Origin: a virus
Strand: one strand, 5' to 3'
DNA: 64,000 nucleotides
Virus record (IMG/VR): IMGVR_UViG_3300031576_000024
Coordinates: 18,992-82,991 of that record
Below, in pieces: positions 19,281 through 29,912 of this stretch. The position numbers and the translations under genes were made by a program. Below the pieces are notes generated by a model that had not been told where the DNA came from, ran no database searches, and saw only the letters and a program-made list of their open reading frames with translations. Position 1 is the first letter of the stretch; every line of letters starts with the position of its first letter.

Positions 19281-20123
19281 ATGTATAATGTAGGCATCAT
19301 AGGATTAGGCTTCGTAGGTGGTGCAACGTCACGCGCGTTCGCACAATACGCAAACGTTAGGGTTTACGACAAGTACAAGAACATCGGCACTATCAAAGAG
19401 GTAGCTGAGCAGGCTGTTGTGTTCGTATGCGTGCCTACGCCCATGCGCGCGGACGGCTCCTGTGACACCTCAATCGTTGAGAGCGTTGTAGCCGACCTTA
19501 GTACGTTCCCTAACGCTGATAGAGAAGTGGTAATCAAGTCTACCTGCCCGCCTGCATTCTTCTCTAAGCTACAGGCTACATATCCGCTTGCCGGGACTAT
19601 CATCTTTAACCCTGAGTTCCTAACAGAACGCACAGCGGACCTAGACTTCATTCAGAGTACGCGGTTCATCTTTGGAGTCGAGCTACCTAATGCTGCTGCA
19701 AAGTTTATCGTATTGAAGCTACATGAGGAGCGGTTCCCTGGCACACGTCTTGCAGTGATGCATTGGGAAGAAGCCGCTATGGTTAAGTACGGCTGCAACG
19801 TGTTCTTCACAGTCAAGCTAAGCTTCTTCAATGAGTTAGCTCGTGTCTGTGAGAAGCTAAATGGTTTCACGAGTTTTCCCACTGTTATCAATGAAATCCT
19901 ACAGGACGGGCGTATTGGGAGGTCACACTTTCAGGTACCCGGCCACGATGGCGATAAGGGATGGGGTGGAGTCTGCTTCCCTAAAGATAACAGAGCATTC
20001 TCTATATTTGCAAAAGAGTTGTGTGTGAACAGCCATATGGCAGATGCCGCTTGGCAAGTTAACCAAGAGGTACGATCAGATCGTAATTGGGAGAAGGAAA
20101 AGGGCAGAGCAGTAAGTGAATAG
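19281..20123 (+). CDS. ugd: UDP-glucose/GDP-mannose 6-dehydrogenase (short form lacking the C-terminal domain)
   Basis: GLGFVG, VCVPTP, IKST, NPEFL, KYGCN, GWGGVCFPKD with catalytic Cys. Confidence 0.92.
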   Translation: MYNVGIIGLGFVGGATSRAFAQYANVRVYDKYKNIGTIKEVAEQAVVFVCVPTPMRADGSCDTSIVESVVADLSTFPNADREVVIKSTCPPAFFSKLQATYPLAGTIIFNPEFLTERTADLDFIQSTRFIFGVELPNAAAKFIVLKLHEERFPGTRLAVMHWEEAAMVKYGCNVFFTVKLSFFNELARVCEKLNGFTSFPTVINEILQDGRIGRSHFQVPGHDGDKGWGGVCFPKDNRAFSIFAKELCVNSHMADAAWQVNQEVRSDRNWEKEKGRAVSE

Positions 20124-20281
20124 TAAATACAAATGCTACAGATGTCGAAAGTACATTAAGCCTAAGCGTGTTCCACATGCTGTGACGTGCTTTGACAAGA
20201 ATCTTCCTAGATTTATACCACAAAAAGGCAGAACATACTGTGAGAAATGCTGGCCTGTAATACTTAGAATTTGGAAACAAA

Positions 20282-21013
20282 ATGAACAACGTAACACCCG
20301 TAGTATTAGTTAAGAACGATGCCTTCTGGCTCCCATATGCGTTAGAGTCTATCTCCGGTCACTTTGAACATATGGTCATCTACGATGTGGGAAGTACTGA
20401 CAATACAAGAGATGTTATAGATTGGTTTGTTTCCAAAGAATTATACACCCACTTCATAGTAAGAAAGCTTCCGCACTGTCCGCCTGAAGTACAGCTCTGT
20501 TTCCGCAACTCAATGATTGCTGAAGCCGGAACAGGAACATATCTCATCCTTGACGGCGATGAAGTCTACAACAGAGAAGACCTAGAGAAGATTGACAAAA
20601 TCGGCGATATCTTACTAGAACATCATGGTGAAAACAGTCGTGTGCGCTACACAACGTTCCGTCGGGTAGAAGTGAGTCCCGACCTGTTGCAGCGCTATTC
20701 GGAAGAAAGAACCCATCACAGGCTATATCATCGGTCAGCGATATGGAACGGAACGCACCCGGGGGAAGTACCCTTCTTTGAGCAGAACAGTAAGTCCGAA
20801 TTGGACTTTACTTCAGATATGCGAGTTCTGCATTTGCACAATACGGTACGCTCGCCCAAAGAGGACGAAGCGTTAAGTCGTATTAAACGAAAAAGCCAGC
20901 GCTCCTATCACCCAGGAACACTGGCTAAGTTTAACGTATTAGAGGAATTTCCTTTGCTTAAGCAAAGGTTGCCTTTTCCCGTATGCCCGGCCCTGGAGGC
21001 GTTATGGGGATAG
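20282..21013 (+). CDS. Glycosyltransferase family 2
   Basis: VVLVKND, YDVGSTDNT, RN, LILDGDE (DxD), RLY...HP. Confidence 0.82.
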   Translation: MNNVTPVVLVKNDAFWLPYALESISGHFEHMVIYDVGSTDNTRDVIDWFVSKELYTHFIVRKLPHCPPEVQLCFRNSMIAEAGTGTYLILDGDEVYNREDLEKIDKIGDILLEHHGENSRVRYTTFRRVEVSPDLLQRYSEERTHHRLYHRSAIWNGTHPGEVPFFEQNSKSELDFTSDMRVLHLHNTVRSPKEDEALSRIKRKSQRSYHPGTLAKFNVLEEFPLLKQRLPFPVCPALEALWG

Positions 21014-21233
21014 CGAAATGTGTATGTGGTAGGAACACTGACTTCGGAATACTCTGCGTATTCTGTAGTCGGGATAAGCTCCTAGACCGCTCTTACGATG
21101 ACGAAGAGGCTACGCCTACTGAGAAGGATACTCCTGAGCTTTCTGAAGAAGAGGAAGAGAATCCTTAAACTTACCTAAGCCTGTATTGCAATCTGCACAA
21201 AGTAACGTACTTTATTGTACTCAGGAGTTGCCA

Positions 21234-21509
21234 TTATGCCGCCTTGCACTTTCTAGTTCGCGCTTCCAAAAGATCAGGATGAACGCTCAAAGTAAACTGT
21301 CTTACTTCAGCCCAGAACATCTTAGCAGCAGGTGACTTTGACGAGTTAAGTCTCTCACCGGCTACTTGATGCAGTGCCCCGGCTTCAGTGTAAACTTCTA
21401 GCGCGTCTATACATGTCCACTTTTCCATGTACGACGGTAGCGGTTTGTTTGGGTCAGCAGGTGCCATCAAAACTAGTGACAGTAAGAATATAACTGCTAG
21501 TCGCTTCAT
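21234..21509 (-). CDS. Small secreted/membrane protein, last gene of the virion arm
   Basis: Signal-peptide-like N-terminus MKRLAVIFLLSLVLMA; TAATG coupling. Confidence 0.5.
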   Translation of the reverse strand: MKRLAVIFLLSLVLMAPADPNKPLPSYMEKWTCIDALEVYTEAGALHQVAGERLNSSKSPAAKMFWAEVRQFTLSVHPDLLEARTRKCKAA

Positions 21510-24500
21510 TAGAACAGCCCCGAAGATCCGAACCCTTCTGAGCCTAGGTCAAAGTCAAAATCCATATCGAATCCTATTGCGTCTCCGCTTTGGTGCTTGC
21601 TAAATTGACGTGCAATGATTTCTCTGCGCAGTTCTTCAACGCGCTGATCGCTAAACTCGCCACGGTGCTTAATAGCAAACGCGGTAGCTTCCTTTAGACG
21701 AGCCTTTAGCTCTTCCTCACTGAACCTCTTGTACTGAGGGTTCCTACGAAGTTGAGGAATTAAGTCTTCAATGCTGGCAGAGAACTTTGCCTGTGCTTTG
21801 CGCGGATCATCGTACTGTTGTGAGTAGGTGATGAAATAGTCCTGCATTAGACTCGCAAAGCTTTCCTCGTCACCGTTGATAGCAGCGTTCGTCATCTTAC
21901 GCTTTATTGACGAGCGGAACGTCTTTAGGTTATCGTCACGCATCTTGTCATTGAAAGCCTTTGTTCCAGGGTCAGCCTTCCAAGACTTACCAAGGCCGGC
22001 TACGCTAGTAAGAAGCACATCGTAAATAGGGTTCCCGCGCTCACCTGTCTTTGAGTTAACGCGCATACCAATGTCTTCTTCAAAGCGGCTTGTGTCAATC
22101 TGACTACCTAGAGCAAGACCGGCAGTAGCGCCTGCGGCTATACCAGGGATACCTAGCTTTCTGCCAGCGATAGCTCCTGCGGCACCCGATAGTGTCATAG
22201 TTGAAAGCTGATCCAAACCAAAGGCACCCTTAGTAGGAGAGCCTACTCTAAGCCCGTACTTCTGAATCCACGGAGGGGAGATCATACCGAATGTCTGTAC
22301 CAGAGCCTTACCCATGTAGTCCGACTTACTGTCAGCTACAATCTCCTGACCGTACTCGTCTTCACCCATTATTAGGCGTAGAAGAGGCATCATAACGGAT
22401 AGCGGTTCAACGGGGCTTACCTTCAGCAGTTCCTTTGCCATGTTTGAGCCAGGGTCCATGTGAACATCGTAGGTCTGAGGCAGGATGGCACTATGAGGTA
22501 GGAAGTCTAGAGTCCAGGCTCTTAGTGAGTCTTCACCCTTAGATCCAAAGTAACCCAGTCCTGCACCTGTTATAGCACCGACTGAAGAACCTACAGCGAA
22601 GCCAAGTGGCCCGGCCTTTAAGGCTCCAGCCATACCAACGGCAGCGGCACCTGTGAAAGCACCAGCCGCAACGCCTTGTCCTTCTGAGGTACCAATAACA
22701 GTCGTAGGCTTGTTTGCCCAGAACGGTGCAGATTCTTTAGCTTCGTTAATCTGCTCAGGTGATGTAGGAGCAAGTCCTAGTCCTGACATAACTGATTGAT
22801 GCGTGCCCGCAGCTTGGAACCACATAGCAGAGGCTAGTGGTCTGTCTACCATGTTGTTACGCATGATACGGGTTACTTCAGCAGGGAACGTAGCCCAAGG
22901 AAACGCCCATCTGCGAGCGCCCTGGATAGTCTTACCAACAGTCTTGTACTGAGGGAACTTACGCGATACCTGCATTACTGATTGCTCAATACTCAGGCCG
23001 CGCTTTCTAAACTGCATATACGTTGCCAGCTTAGGCGTCATATCTTCTGCTAGATAAGCAGCGGACATTCTCTTTAGAAGAGGTGTCTTGATTGTCTTCT
23101 CTAGTATCTTGTCTGTACCTTCAATCGCCTTAACGTACATCTTAGCAAGGCCAGCAGTGGCATTGTCAACGTAAGCAAGCTTACCAGCATTGTTCTTTTC
23201 AAGATGCTCATAGAACTTGTGGATAGCTGAGAAACCTTCAGCGTTATCGAATGACTGATCTTCAATCATTTGACGTACACGCGGGTCCATGATCTCATCT
23301 ACAAGGTCTAGCCTAGTTCCAGCGTTTGTAATGATTTCGGTATTAGCACCGGCCTTTCTGACGATTTCCAGTAACGAAGCACGGTCTGACATGATCGACG
23401 TAGCGTTACCCTTCTTAGCGGCAATTTCCTTAGCCACGCCCCATACAAGGCTGTTGGCATTCTTCATGTCCGTAATGACAGAACCCTTGAACGGGTTAAC
23501 TCCAGCCATAGGCATGAAGTACAGAAGGTTACTTACTACGTTCTGGAAGTGCGACGGAAGGTTGAAAACTGTCTTTGCGGGCTTGTGCATCGCCGTTAGC
23601 ATCGAGATAGCATTGGCAGCATTGTGCCCAGCATTCAGAGCACCACCATCAGGGTCGAAAAACTCGTCTATGACGTTCTGGTGAACGTAAGGCATGCGGT
23701 CAATTTCTTCCGCTGTCTTGCTAGTTGACTTGGCTACCATTCTCTTTAGGCGATCAGATACGCCCCTCCCAGGTAGATCATCAAGGCTGACCCATGCGGC
23801 TTTAGCCATACCACTTAGCTTGTCGTAGGACTCAGGGTTGATGGCGATTCTGTTTGTTGAAGAGTCGCCTGCCTTAAGAGCAATGTCACGCATGAACTTA
23901 TAGCCTACGTGCAGTAACTCGTCCTTAACAATGCTTGTTCTGTGTACATCGTTGATGTTAGTGATAAGCTCACCATTGGAAGCAGCGTCGATAACCTCGT
24001 CTAGCGTCTTCTTACGCTCTGTTAGCGTAGGAGAGAAAAGCTTAGGGTAGGTACGAACCTTACCAGTGCCTTCAAGGATCTTGGCTCCACCTGTTACATC
24101 GGCTACGGTACTAAGGTCTGTATTCTTGTAGATAGCCGCAACGTGGGCCTTACCTACGCGCGCTACTGTCTCAGGAGACATGAACCCTGATTCTACGGCT
24201 GCCTCTTGGTGTTGCCAATAGCGGTTACGTGTCCTCTCGAAATAGCGTTGCTTGGTTGGAGATAGCTTAGCAAAGTCAGCAACATCATGCCTATCATTAA
24301 GGAACTTGTAATAGAGAAGATTGTCAGCAGGCTCAAGATCATGGATGAATAGTTCGTCAAGTTTGGCGTTATCCCAAAAGTCATTCATGTTCCTAACATA
24401 TGCCTTGTTAACCTTATTCCCAATGTTGAAATAAGAGTTGGCAAACTTCTTTTGCATCATGTACTGAGCTTGCTGCTTAAGAGATCCACCACCTGATTCT

Positions 24501-25300
24501 ACAAGTTCTGCTAGTTCCTTCATGCGTCCGCGTTTATCTGACTCAAGAAGAATCTCTTGCAGACGCTTACGGCCACCCAACATTTCAAGGCGCTTACGGG
24601 GATCGGTTTCTGTCTTTACTACAGCAGCGAATTCGTCATCGAAATACTTAAGGGTCTGAGACTTGGCACCAAGGGCTACCGCATCTTCGTCCACTACGTT
24701 TAGTAGTTCGTCACCTAGAGCGCTCCAGTCATCTCCGTGCTTCAGAAGACTCTCAGGTAGAATACCTACTTTACGTGCAGCTCCAGCGACCATACCAAGC
24801 TCGGCACCAGGGGCAATCATCGTAGCTAATTTACCTACTTTGGCACTCTTTCTTAAAGCACCCACGAAAGGGAACGCAACTCCGGCTAGAGCTACAGAGG
24901 ACATGATCGGGTGATCCGACCACATTTCTTCGGCCGTCTCAGCCTTCCACGTTAAGCCATCTTGATCCCATTTAACACCCATGATCGCCATTTCATCACC
25001 GAACAGGAAGTTAGCGGTGGAGCGAATAAATGCCGGTTCTTCAGCCGGGTCATTAGGGTCAGGGTTGTTCGCGCGGGTACGTAACGTGAGGGAATTAATA
25101 TCACCCATCGGGTATTCGTCAACTTCCCTATCTTCTTCTTGCTCAATCGGAAAGGGATTCCACCTATCTGCGTCTTCAGCAATAGGGGCAGCAGCGCGCA
25201 TAGCTTGGCTAGTAAATCTACCAGCACCACGCGGAGTCGGTTCAGTTGTTTCTTCAACAACCTCTTCCTCTGTATCTATATCTATAGGACCGAATGACAT
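21509..25300 (-). CDS. Large internal virion (DNA ejection) protein, putative
   Basis: 1263 aa, helical, Gly/Ala-rich hydrophobic segments; podovirus gene order nozzle-GNAT-three core proteins. Call rests on synteny. Confidence 0.6.
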   Translation of the reverse strand: MSFGPIDIDTEEEVVEETTEPTPRGAGRFTSQAMRAAAPIAEDADRWNPFPIEQEEDREVDEYPMGDINSLTLRTRANNPDPNDPAEEPAFIRSTANFLFGDEMAIMGVKWDQDGLTWKAETAEEMWSDHPIMSSVALAGVAFPFVGALRKSAKVGKLATMIAPGAELGMVAGAARKVGILPESLLKHGDDWSALGDELLNVVDEDAVALGAKSQTLKYFDDEFAAVVKTETDPRKRLEMLGGRKRLQEILLESDKRGRMKELAELVESGGGSLKQQAQYMMQKKFANSYFNIGNKVNKAYVRNMNDFWDNAKLDELFIHDLEPADNLLYYKFLNDRHDVADFAKLSPTKQRYFERTRNRYWQHQEAAVESGFMSPETVARVGKAHVAAIYKNTDLSTVADVTGGAKILEGTGKVRTYPKLFSPTLTERKKTLDEVIDAASNGELITNINDVHRTSIVKDELLHVGYKFMRDIALKAGDSSTNRIAINPESYDKLSGMAKAAWVSLDDLPGRGVSDRLKRMVAKSTSKTAEEIDRMPYVHQNVIDEFFDPDGGALNAGHNAANAISMLTAMHKPAKTVFNLPSHFQNVVSNLLYFMPMAGVNPFKGSVITDMKNANSLVWGVAKEIAAKKGNATSIMSDRASLLEIVRKAGANTEIITNAGTRLDLVDEIMDPRVRQMIEDQSFDNAEGFSAIHKFYEHLEKNNAGKLAYVDNATAGLAKMYVKAIEGTDKILEKTIKTPLLKRMSAAYLAEDMTPKLATYMQFRKRGLSIEQSVMQVSRKFPQYKTVGKTIQGARRWAFPWATFPAEVTRIMRNNMVDRPLASAMWFQAAGTHQSVMSGLGLAPTSPEQINEAKESAPFWANKPTTVIGTSEGQGVAAGAFTGAAAVGMAGALKAGPLGFAVGSSVGAITGAGLGYFGSKGEDSLRAWTLDFLPHSAILPQTYDVHMDPGSNMAKELLKVSPVEPLSVMMPLLRLIMGEDEYGQEIVADSKSDYMGKALVQTFGMISPPWIQKYGLRVGSPTKGAFGLDQLSTMTLSGAAGAIAGRKLGIPGIAAGATAGLALGSQIDTSRFEEDIGMRVNSKTGERGNPIYDVLLTSVAGLGKSWKADPGTKAFNDKMRDDNLKTFRSSIKRKMTNAAINGDEESFASLMQDYFITYSQQYDDPRKAQAKFSASIEDLIPQLRRNPQYKRFSEEELKARLKEATAFAIKHRGEFSDQRVEELRREIIARQFSKHQSGDAIGFDMDFDFDLGSEGFGSSGLF

Positions 25301-25749
25301 GCTAGATACTCAGCGGCATTTTGTACTATATCGAGATTATCTTGCAACATGCCGATTCCTGTATTACATTTTCTACAAAGTAAGCCGCGAACTTTTCCAG
25401 TTTCATGACAGTGATCTATGCATATTGTTTTCATTTCTGTTTTACAAATTTTGCAACTACCATGTTGACTCTCTAACATTTGAGCATATTCATCTTTTGT
25501 AATTTGATACTTGCTCTTTCTACGAATACCTTGTCTACTTACTCTATGAGTCCGCTCCCATTCTTGTCCGTACTCTGGATTCTTTGACTTCCAGTCACTA
25601 TTTCTGGCTGCGTGTTGAGTTCTATTATTAGCGTAATATGAATTACGAGCTAACCTTCTGCATTGCTTGCAGACTCTAAATCCATCACGAGGAGTTACGT
25701 AAGTATTTTCTTCCGTAAACTCATGGTTTCGTTTACAATGAGTTATCAT
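25282..25749 (-). CDS. Endonuclease VII-family homing endonuclease-like protein
   Basis: THCKRNHEF N-terminus; YQIT...CKIC...IDHCHETGKVRGLLCRKCN...AAEYL. Confidence 0.88.
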   Translation of the reverse strand: MITHCKRNHEFTEENTYVTPRDGFRVCKQCRRLARNSYYANNRTQHAARNSDWKSKNPEYGQEWERTHRVSRQGIRRKSKYQITKDEYAQMLESQHGSCKICKTEMKTICIDHCHETGKVRGLLCRKCNTGIGMLQDNLDIVQNAAEYLACHSVL

Positions 25750-27770
25750 TAGAGGATTCCGGTCTTAAGTGTCTTATCCAGTGTACTCATGCGTTTTTGT
25801 TTCTCTTCTGGGCTAGCCATCCAGTACGGTACAGAGGCATCAATAGCCGGACCTAGAAGTGTCTTCCCTCCGCGTCTTGCTTGTTCCTTAGGTACAAGTA
25901 TTCCCGGCGGTCTTTGTCCACCAAGAGGCACAAGTCCATAGCTAGGATCGTCAAGGTTAACCATACCTTCTTCAACTTCACTCATCATTAGTTTAATCAT
26001 CTTCTTAGCGTTCTGAAGCGCCGGTCCAACACCGAAGTCAGGCGTGAAAGCAAAGGGAGCATCAGGGTCAGCAAGAAGCTTCTCAAAATTAGCGTAAACA
26101 GTCTTCATCTCAGCTAACTTTGAAAGATACTCTTGCTCAGGCAACCCTTGTCCGTAAATAGACTGGCGCTGTCTGAGATTATCCATTTGAGTATCAATGT
26201 CCTTCATAGCGCGCTTAGCATTGCTGATCTTAACAGCCCTAGGTGTCTTCGGATTAGCAGCAATGTACCCAAGCCAGTCAGTGTAATTTTCTAACTGCAT
26301 GATTTCACGCTGTTGCGTATCTGGGTTTAGCGGAGAATCCTCAGGAATGTCTTGATCTCCAAACGGATCTTCCGGGTCGCCTGAGTAGTATTCAGACGGC
26401 TCTTCAGAAGGTACTTCTACCTCTGAAGTTACTTCCTCTTCAAACTCTTCAGGTAGTAGTTCCCGCACCATGGCTTCAGGACTCTCGAATAGTCTAATCT
26501 GTCTTGATACGCCACTGGAAGGGTCAGGTAGTTCAACGCCCTTATTTCCCTTACCGACACCGAAGGAAGCTCCAAGTTGTCCAGTATTAATTAGATACTC
26601 CGTAGCATTCCTTACAGCATTCTTCATAATGCCTTCACGAACGTCAGGATTCAAGTTAAGAACCTCAGCACGGATAGCCTTTTGAAGCTTAGGATCTTCA
26701 ATCTCAGCAAAGGTCTTGTAGCCCTTAGATATAGCTAAATCTTCCAATGCCTGTATCGTAGCCGGATCGGCACCTAAGGCTTTCTTTTCTTCTTCTTCCT
26801 TGAAGCTTGTTATGATAGCAGTACCGGGAGCACTGTATCTTAACCAGTCGCCGACGTTAGTTAGGTCGATTCCAGGCGGCACTGTGGCACGACCTGACTT
26901 CTTAGCCAATTCAACTTGCTTTATTTGGTCAGCTATGTCGATCTGGTGCTTGTAGTATCTCTCCAAGTTATCGTTGTCGTCCAGGGCTTCAATATCAAAG
27001 CCATCTGCGGCGTTTAGTTCTCTACCGCGGGCGACCATAGCACGAGTCTTAGTCATCTCTTCTTCTTGATTGAAGAGTTCTGCATCTAACTTACCCATTT
27101 CAACTTGACGCTTCTTGGGGAACAATTCCGCAGCTAACTTAGCCTTACGGTCACGTTCTTGCATTTCCATCATCTGATTCTGCTGATCCATCTGCTCACC
27201 CGCTATCTTAGCGGCTGTAAGCTGACCCTCGAACGAAGATTGAATATGATTCATTAGCTGCTTAGCTTTTTGCTCAACGAGAGGGTTATTAGGATATTCG
27301 CCAGCAGCATCCATGAAGTCCATACTAATATGTTGTAGACCGCCTATCATATCAGAAGCAGCAGTGTTAAGATGTGTGTTTACTGCCATAAAGTCATCAG
27401 CCGGTATAAAACTGGTAGTGATCGGAGCACCATCAAGATCATACTCGGAATAATAACCTTTTCTAAGCTCTGCCGGATCTTGTCCCTCAACGCCTACCTC
27501 TGTGGTCATCTTCGTGCGGTTCTTATAAGAACCCATGTTTTCGTTAATACGTCCCTGAGTTTCCTTACCAGTAGTGGCCTGGAAAGTATTAGCTTCTTGT
27601 CTCCACCATTCTTGACGCAGATATTCCCCTACAGCTTTACCTGCTCCGGGTGAACCCATTTGAGACAAGCCTTCTTCAAGCAAGGCTGCGCCAACCGCGG
27701 ACATGCCACGCTTGGAATCTAAGTCTTCCTTAGTACGGTATTCTTGTTCTGCGCGATCTCTAAGTGCCAC
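25749..27770 (-). CDS. Internal virion (ejection) protein, putative
   Basis: 673 aa, acidic and helical; position in the late arm. Confidence 0.5.
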   Translation of the reverse strand: MALRDRAEQEYRTKEDLDSKRGMSAVGAALLEEGLSQMGSPGAGKAVGEYLRQEWWRQEANTFQATTGKETQGRINENMGSYKNRTKMTTEVGVEGQDPAELRKGYYSEYDLDGAPITTSFIPADDFMAVNTHLNTAASDMIGGLQHISMDFMDAAGEYPNNPLVEQKAKQLMNHIQSSFEGQLTAAKIAGEQMDQQNQMMEMQERDRKAKLAAELFPKKRQVEMGKLDAELFNQEEEMTKTRAMVARGRELNAADGFDIEALDDNDNLERYYKHQIDIADQIKQVELAKKSGRATVPPGIDLTNVGDWLRYSAPGTAIITSFKEEEEKKALGADPATIQALEDLAISKGYKTFAEIEDPKLQKAIRAEVLNLNPDVREGIMKNAVRNATEYLINTGQLGASFGVGKGNKGVELPDPSSGVSRQIRLFESPEAMVRELLPEEFEEEVTSEVEVPSEEPSEYYSGDPEDPFGDQDIPEDSPLNPDTQQREIMQLENYTDWLGYIAANPKTPRAVKISNAKRAMKDIDTQMDNLRQRQSIYGQGLPEQEYLSKLAEMKTVYANFEKLLADPDAPFAFTPDFGVGPALQNAKKMIKLMMSEVEEGMVNLDDPSYGLVPLGGQRPPGILVPKEQARRGGKTLLGPAIDASVPYWMASPEEKQKRMSTLDKTLKTGIL

Positions 27771-28957
27771 TATGCGACTCCAGATACATCAAGGTAACTT
27801 TGTCCGCTCATGGTGGCGTTCGCCGCGGGCGTCGCGCCAGAGTTTGCGTATGCTGTCATTATGCCTCCACCGATTGCCTTGATAGCCCCTGATACTAGAT
27901 TGCCCATTGATTCATCACGGCTAGCTTGTGCGGCAGCCAAATCTGCCAGAGTGTTAGAGTTGTCTCTAGCCATACCAGCGGTATTACCAGAAGCACCTAC
28001 AACAGAGGGTAGAATCTGAGCACCGTAGAATTGCTGTGCGTTCTGCATCATGCCTGTGAAGTTATCACGAATACCATTTAGGTTCGATACCCAGCTTTGG
28101 TTGAAGGCAGTTTGCAATCTAGCATTGTCCTGAGTCCACTGTTTGATGGCAAGACTTGATGTCCATAGCGCCGTAGTACGGTCACGAAGGATCTCATTAT
28201 TTGCCTGAATCTTGTTAGCCACAGCAACCGCTCTATTTCTAGAAGTACCGCCACGAGCGGCGTCTCTAGCTAGAGACTCCTGTAGTTCGCGGGCAGCTAC
28301 GGCTGACGACTGTATAATAGGATTCGTTACAGACTGCTTTAGCTTTTCCCACAGAGGGCCTTGTTGACGGGAAAGCTGATCGGCTTCCGCTGTCATACGG
28401 CTCATCATGCGGAACTGGCGAGACTGCGATACGTTCTTAATGTATGCGTCAGGATCAATAATCCACGCCTTACCTTCAGACGTGGTACGTTCAGGATCTA
28501 CTTCGGCACCGACAAGACCAAATGTCGTCTTGTAGTTACTAGCAGCCTTCAACTCTTCCTTAGTGTAGATTCCCTTGCCCTTACCAGGGAGAGCTTCTAC
28601 AGGGAGCTTAAGAGGTTCACGTACCTGAACAAGATTGAACTGTCCAGTAGGTGCGCCTACGCCTGTACCGCCGCCAGCATTAACAAAGTCTTCATATGAC
28701 TCTTCATATGTACCGGGCGTGCCCAACAGGTCAAAGATACCTTGACGGGCACGTTCGGTTTGAACCATAGATTCCTTGCCAAGCTGATTCTCAAGATCAG
28801 ACGTTCCAGTGGCAACCTCTTGATTGATAATGGCACGACTCTGCATCGCCTTGCTTGAACCGGGGACTCCACCGGCAGAACCGCCCTTGGCGGACATAGC
28901 AGCACCGCCTACGGCTGCTGCTGCGCCGATGCCTGCTACCGCTATGGATGTTGCCAC
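27770..28957 (-). CDS. Internal virion (pilot/ejection) protein, putative
   Basis: Gly/Ala-rich hydrophobic N- and C-termini and Q/A/R-rich helices, as in podovirus pilot proteins. Confidence 0.55.
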   Translation of the reverse strand: MATSIAVAGIGAAAAVGGAAMSAKGGSAGGVPGSSKAMQSRAIINQEVATGTSDLENQLGKESMVQTERARQGIFDLLGTPGTYEESYEDFVNAGGGTGVGAPTGQFNLVQVREPLKLPVEALPGKGKGIYTKEELKAASNYKTTFGLVGAEVDPERTTSEGKAWIIDPDAYIKNVSQSRQFRMMSRMTAEADQLSRQQGPLWEKLKQSVTNPIIQSSAVAARELQESLARDAARGGTSRNRAVAVANKIQANNEILRDRTTALWTSSLAIKQWTQDNARLQTAFNQSWVSNLNGIRDNFTGMMQNAQQFYGAQILPSVVGASGNTAGMARDNSNTLADLAAAQASRDESMGNLVSGAIKAIGGGIMTAYANSGATPAANATMSGQSYLDVSGVA

Positions 28958-29380
28958 TTAACTATTTTCCTTGAAGGACTTAGCATGCATTTCAGCATCT
29001 TCCTTAGTGTTAAATCTACGAATTACTAACCAAGCTGACTTATATTTATCGTAACATACATAATCTATATCGCTTTGGTATATTGATTTCATACGTCTAT
29101 TCTTAGAATTCTGAGAAGGCGTAGACCATACGCAATTGTCAGGTGAATAATGCCCATCATTATCTTTACGGTCTAGTTGTAACCCTTTTACCCATGTAGG
29201 AAACATATCATCATAGAAATTCTTAAAATCTAACCAACGGTCACAGACTCTAATACCACGAGCACCGTAGTCTTTATATCCTGTGTTTTTAGGATTTAAA
29301 CATCTCTGTTTAAAACTAACCCATGTCGCATAAATAGCGTGCCTGTTTTTTCGGCCGCACATTCCATGTTTAAGACTCAT
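28958..29380 (-). CDS. HNH-family homing endonuclease-like protein (paralog 2)
   Basis: MSLKHG...YGARGIRVCDRW...LQLDRKDNDGHYSPDNCVW; probable start MSLKHG overlaps the GNAT end. Confidence 0.85.
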   Translation of the reverse strand: MSLKHGMCGRKNRHAIYATWVSFKQRCLNPKNTGYKDYGARGIRVCDRWLDFKNFYDDMFPTWVKGLQLDRKDNDGHYSPDNCVWSTPSQNSKNRRMKSIYQSDIDYVCYDKYKSAWLVIRRFNTKEDAEMHAKSFKENS

Positions 29381-29879
29381 TTGCTTCTTCCAATTTAAGT
29401 TGCCATAAAGTTGCGTAAGGGACGCCGCCAGCTTTCTCGGCAGATGCGACCCTCTTATCAAAGTCCGTACCGCCGTGCTTTATTTCACCGACTACACTGT
29501 CAAATTTCATATCTTTAAGCTGCTTCTTGCCTTCTGCCCGAATCAGCATCGAATAACCTCTACGTCTAGCTTCTGGCTTTACGTATGTGCCGAAGCCCAC
29601 TGCTCTCTTAGAGTCCATATGGAACGGATCGTTGTCTCCAAACCCGCCCCACATAAGGACTGCCGAATCGCCTATAAATAGCACAATGCCTGGAAGCTGT
29701 CCACTGACAAAGAAGTCAAAGAACATAGAGTAACGGTCGAGGTTAAAGTCGTCCGGTTGGATCTCTGAGTCCTTGCTATTATAAGCCTCCGTAAGATAGT
29801 CTTTCCAAAGTTTTCTAAAGAGGTTACGATCACCTTCCTTAGCATTCCTAACGCGAGGCCCCTTGTTCTTCTTAGCCAT
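29370..29879 (-). CDS. GNAT acetyltransferase-fold protein
   Basis: VRNAKEGD; GTYVKPEARRRGYS (acetyl-CoA-binding motif A). Confidence 0.75.
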   Translation of the reverse strand: MAKKNKGPRVRNAKEGDRNLFRKLWKDYLTEAYNSKDSEIQPDDFNLDRYSMFFDFFVSGQLPGIVLFIGDSAVLMWGGFGDNDPFHMDSKRAVGFGTYVKPEARRRGYSMLIRAEGKKQLKDMKFDSVVGEIKHGGTDFDKRVASAEKAGGVPYATLWQLKLEEANES

Positions 29880-29898
29880 AAATCCTCCCGATACTACC

Positions 29899-29912
29899 TA
29901 ATTATACCTTAA
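29899..29912 (-). promoter_or_regulatory. Phage promoter motif copy (TTAAGGTATAATTA)
   Basis: Directly upstream of the GGGAGG RBS and GNAT start. Confidence 0.65.
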
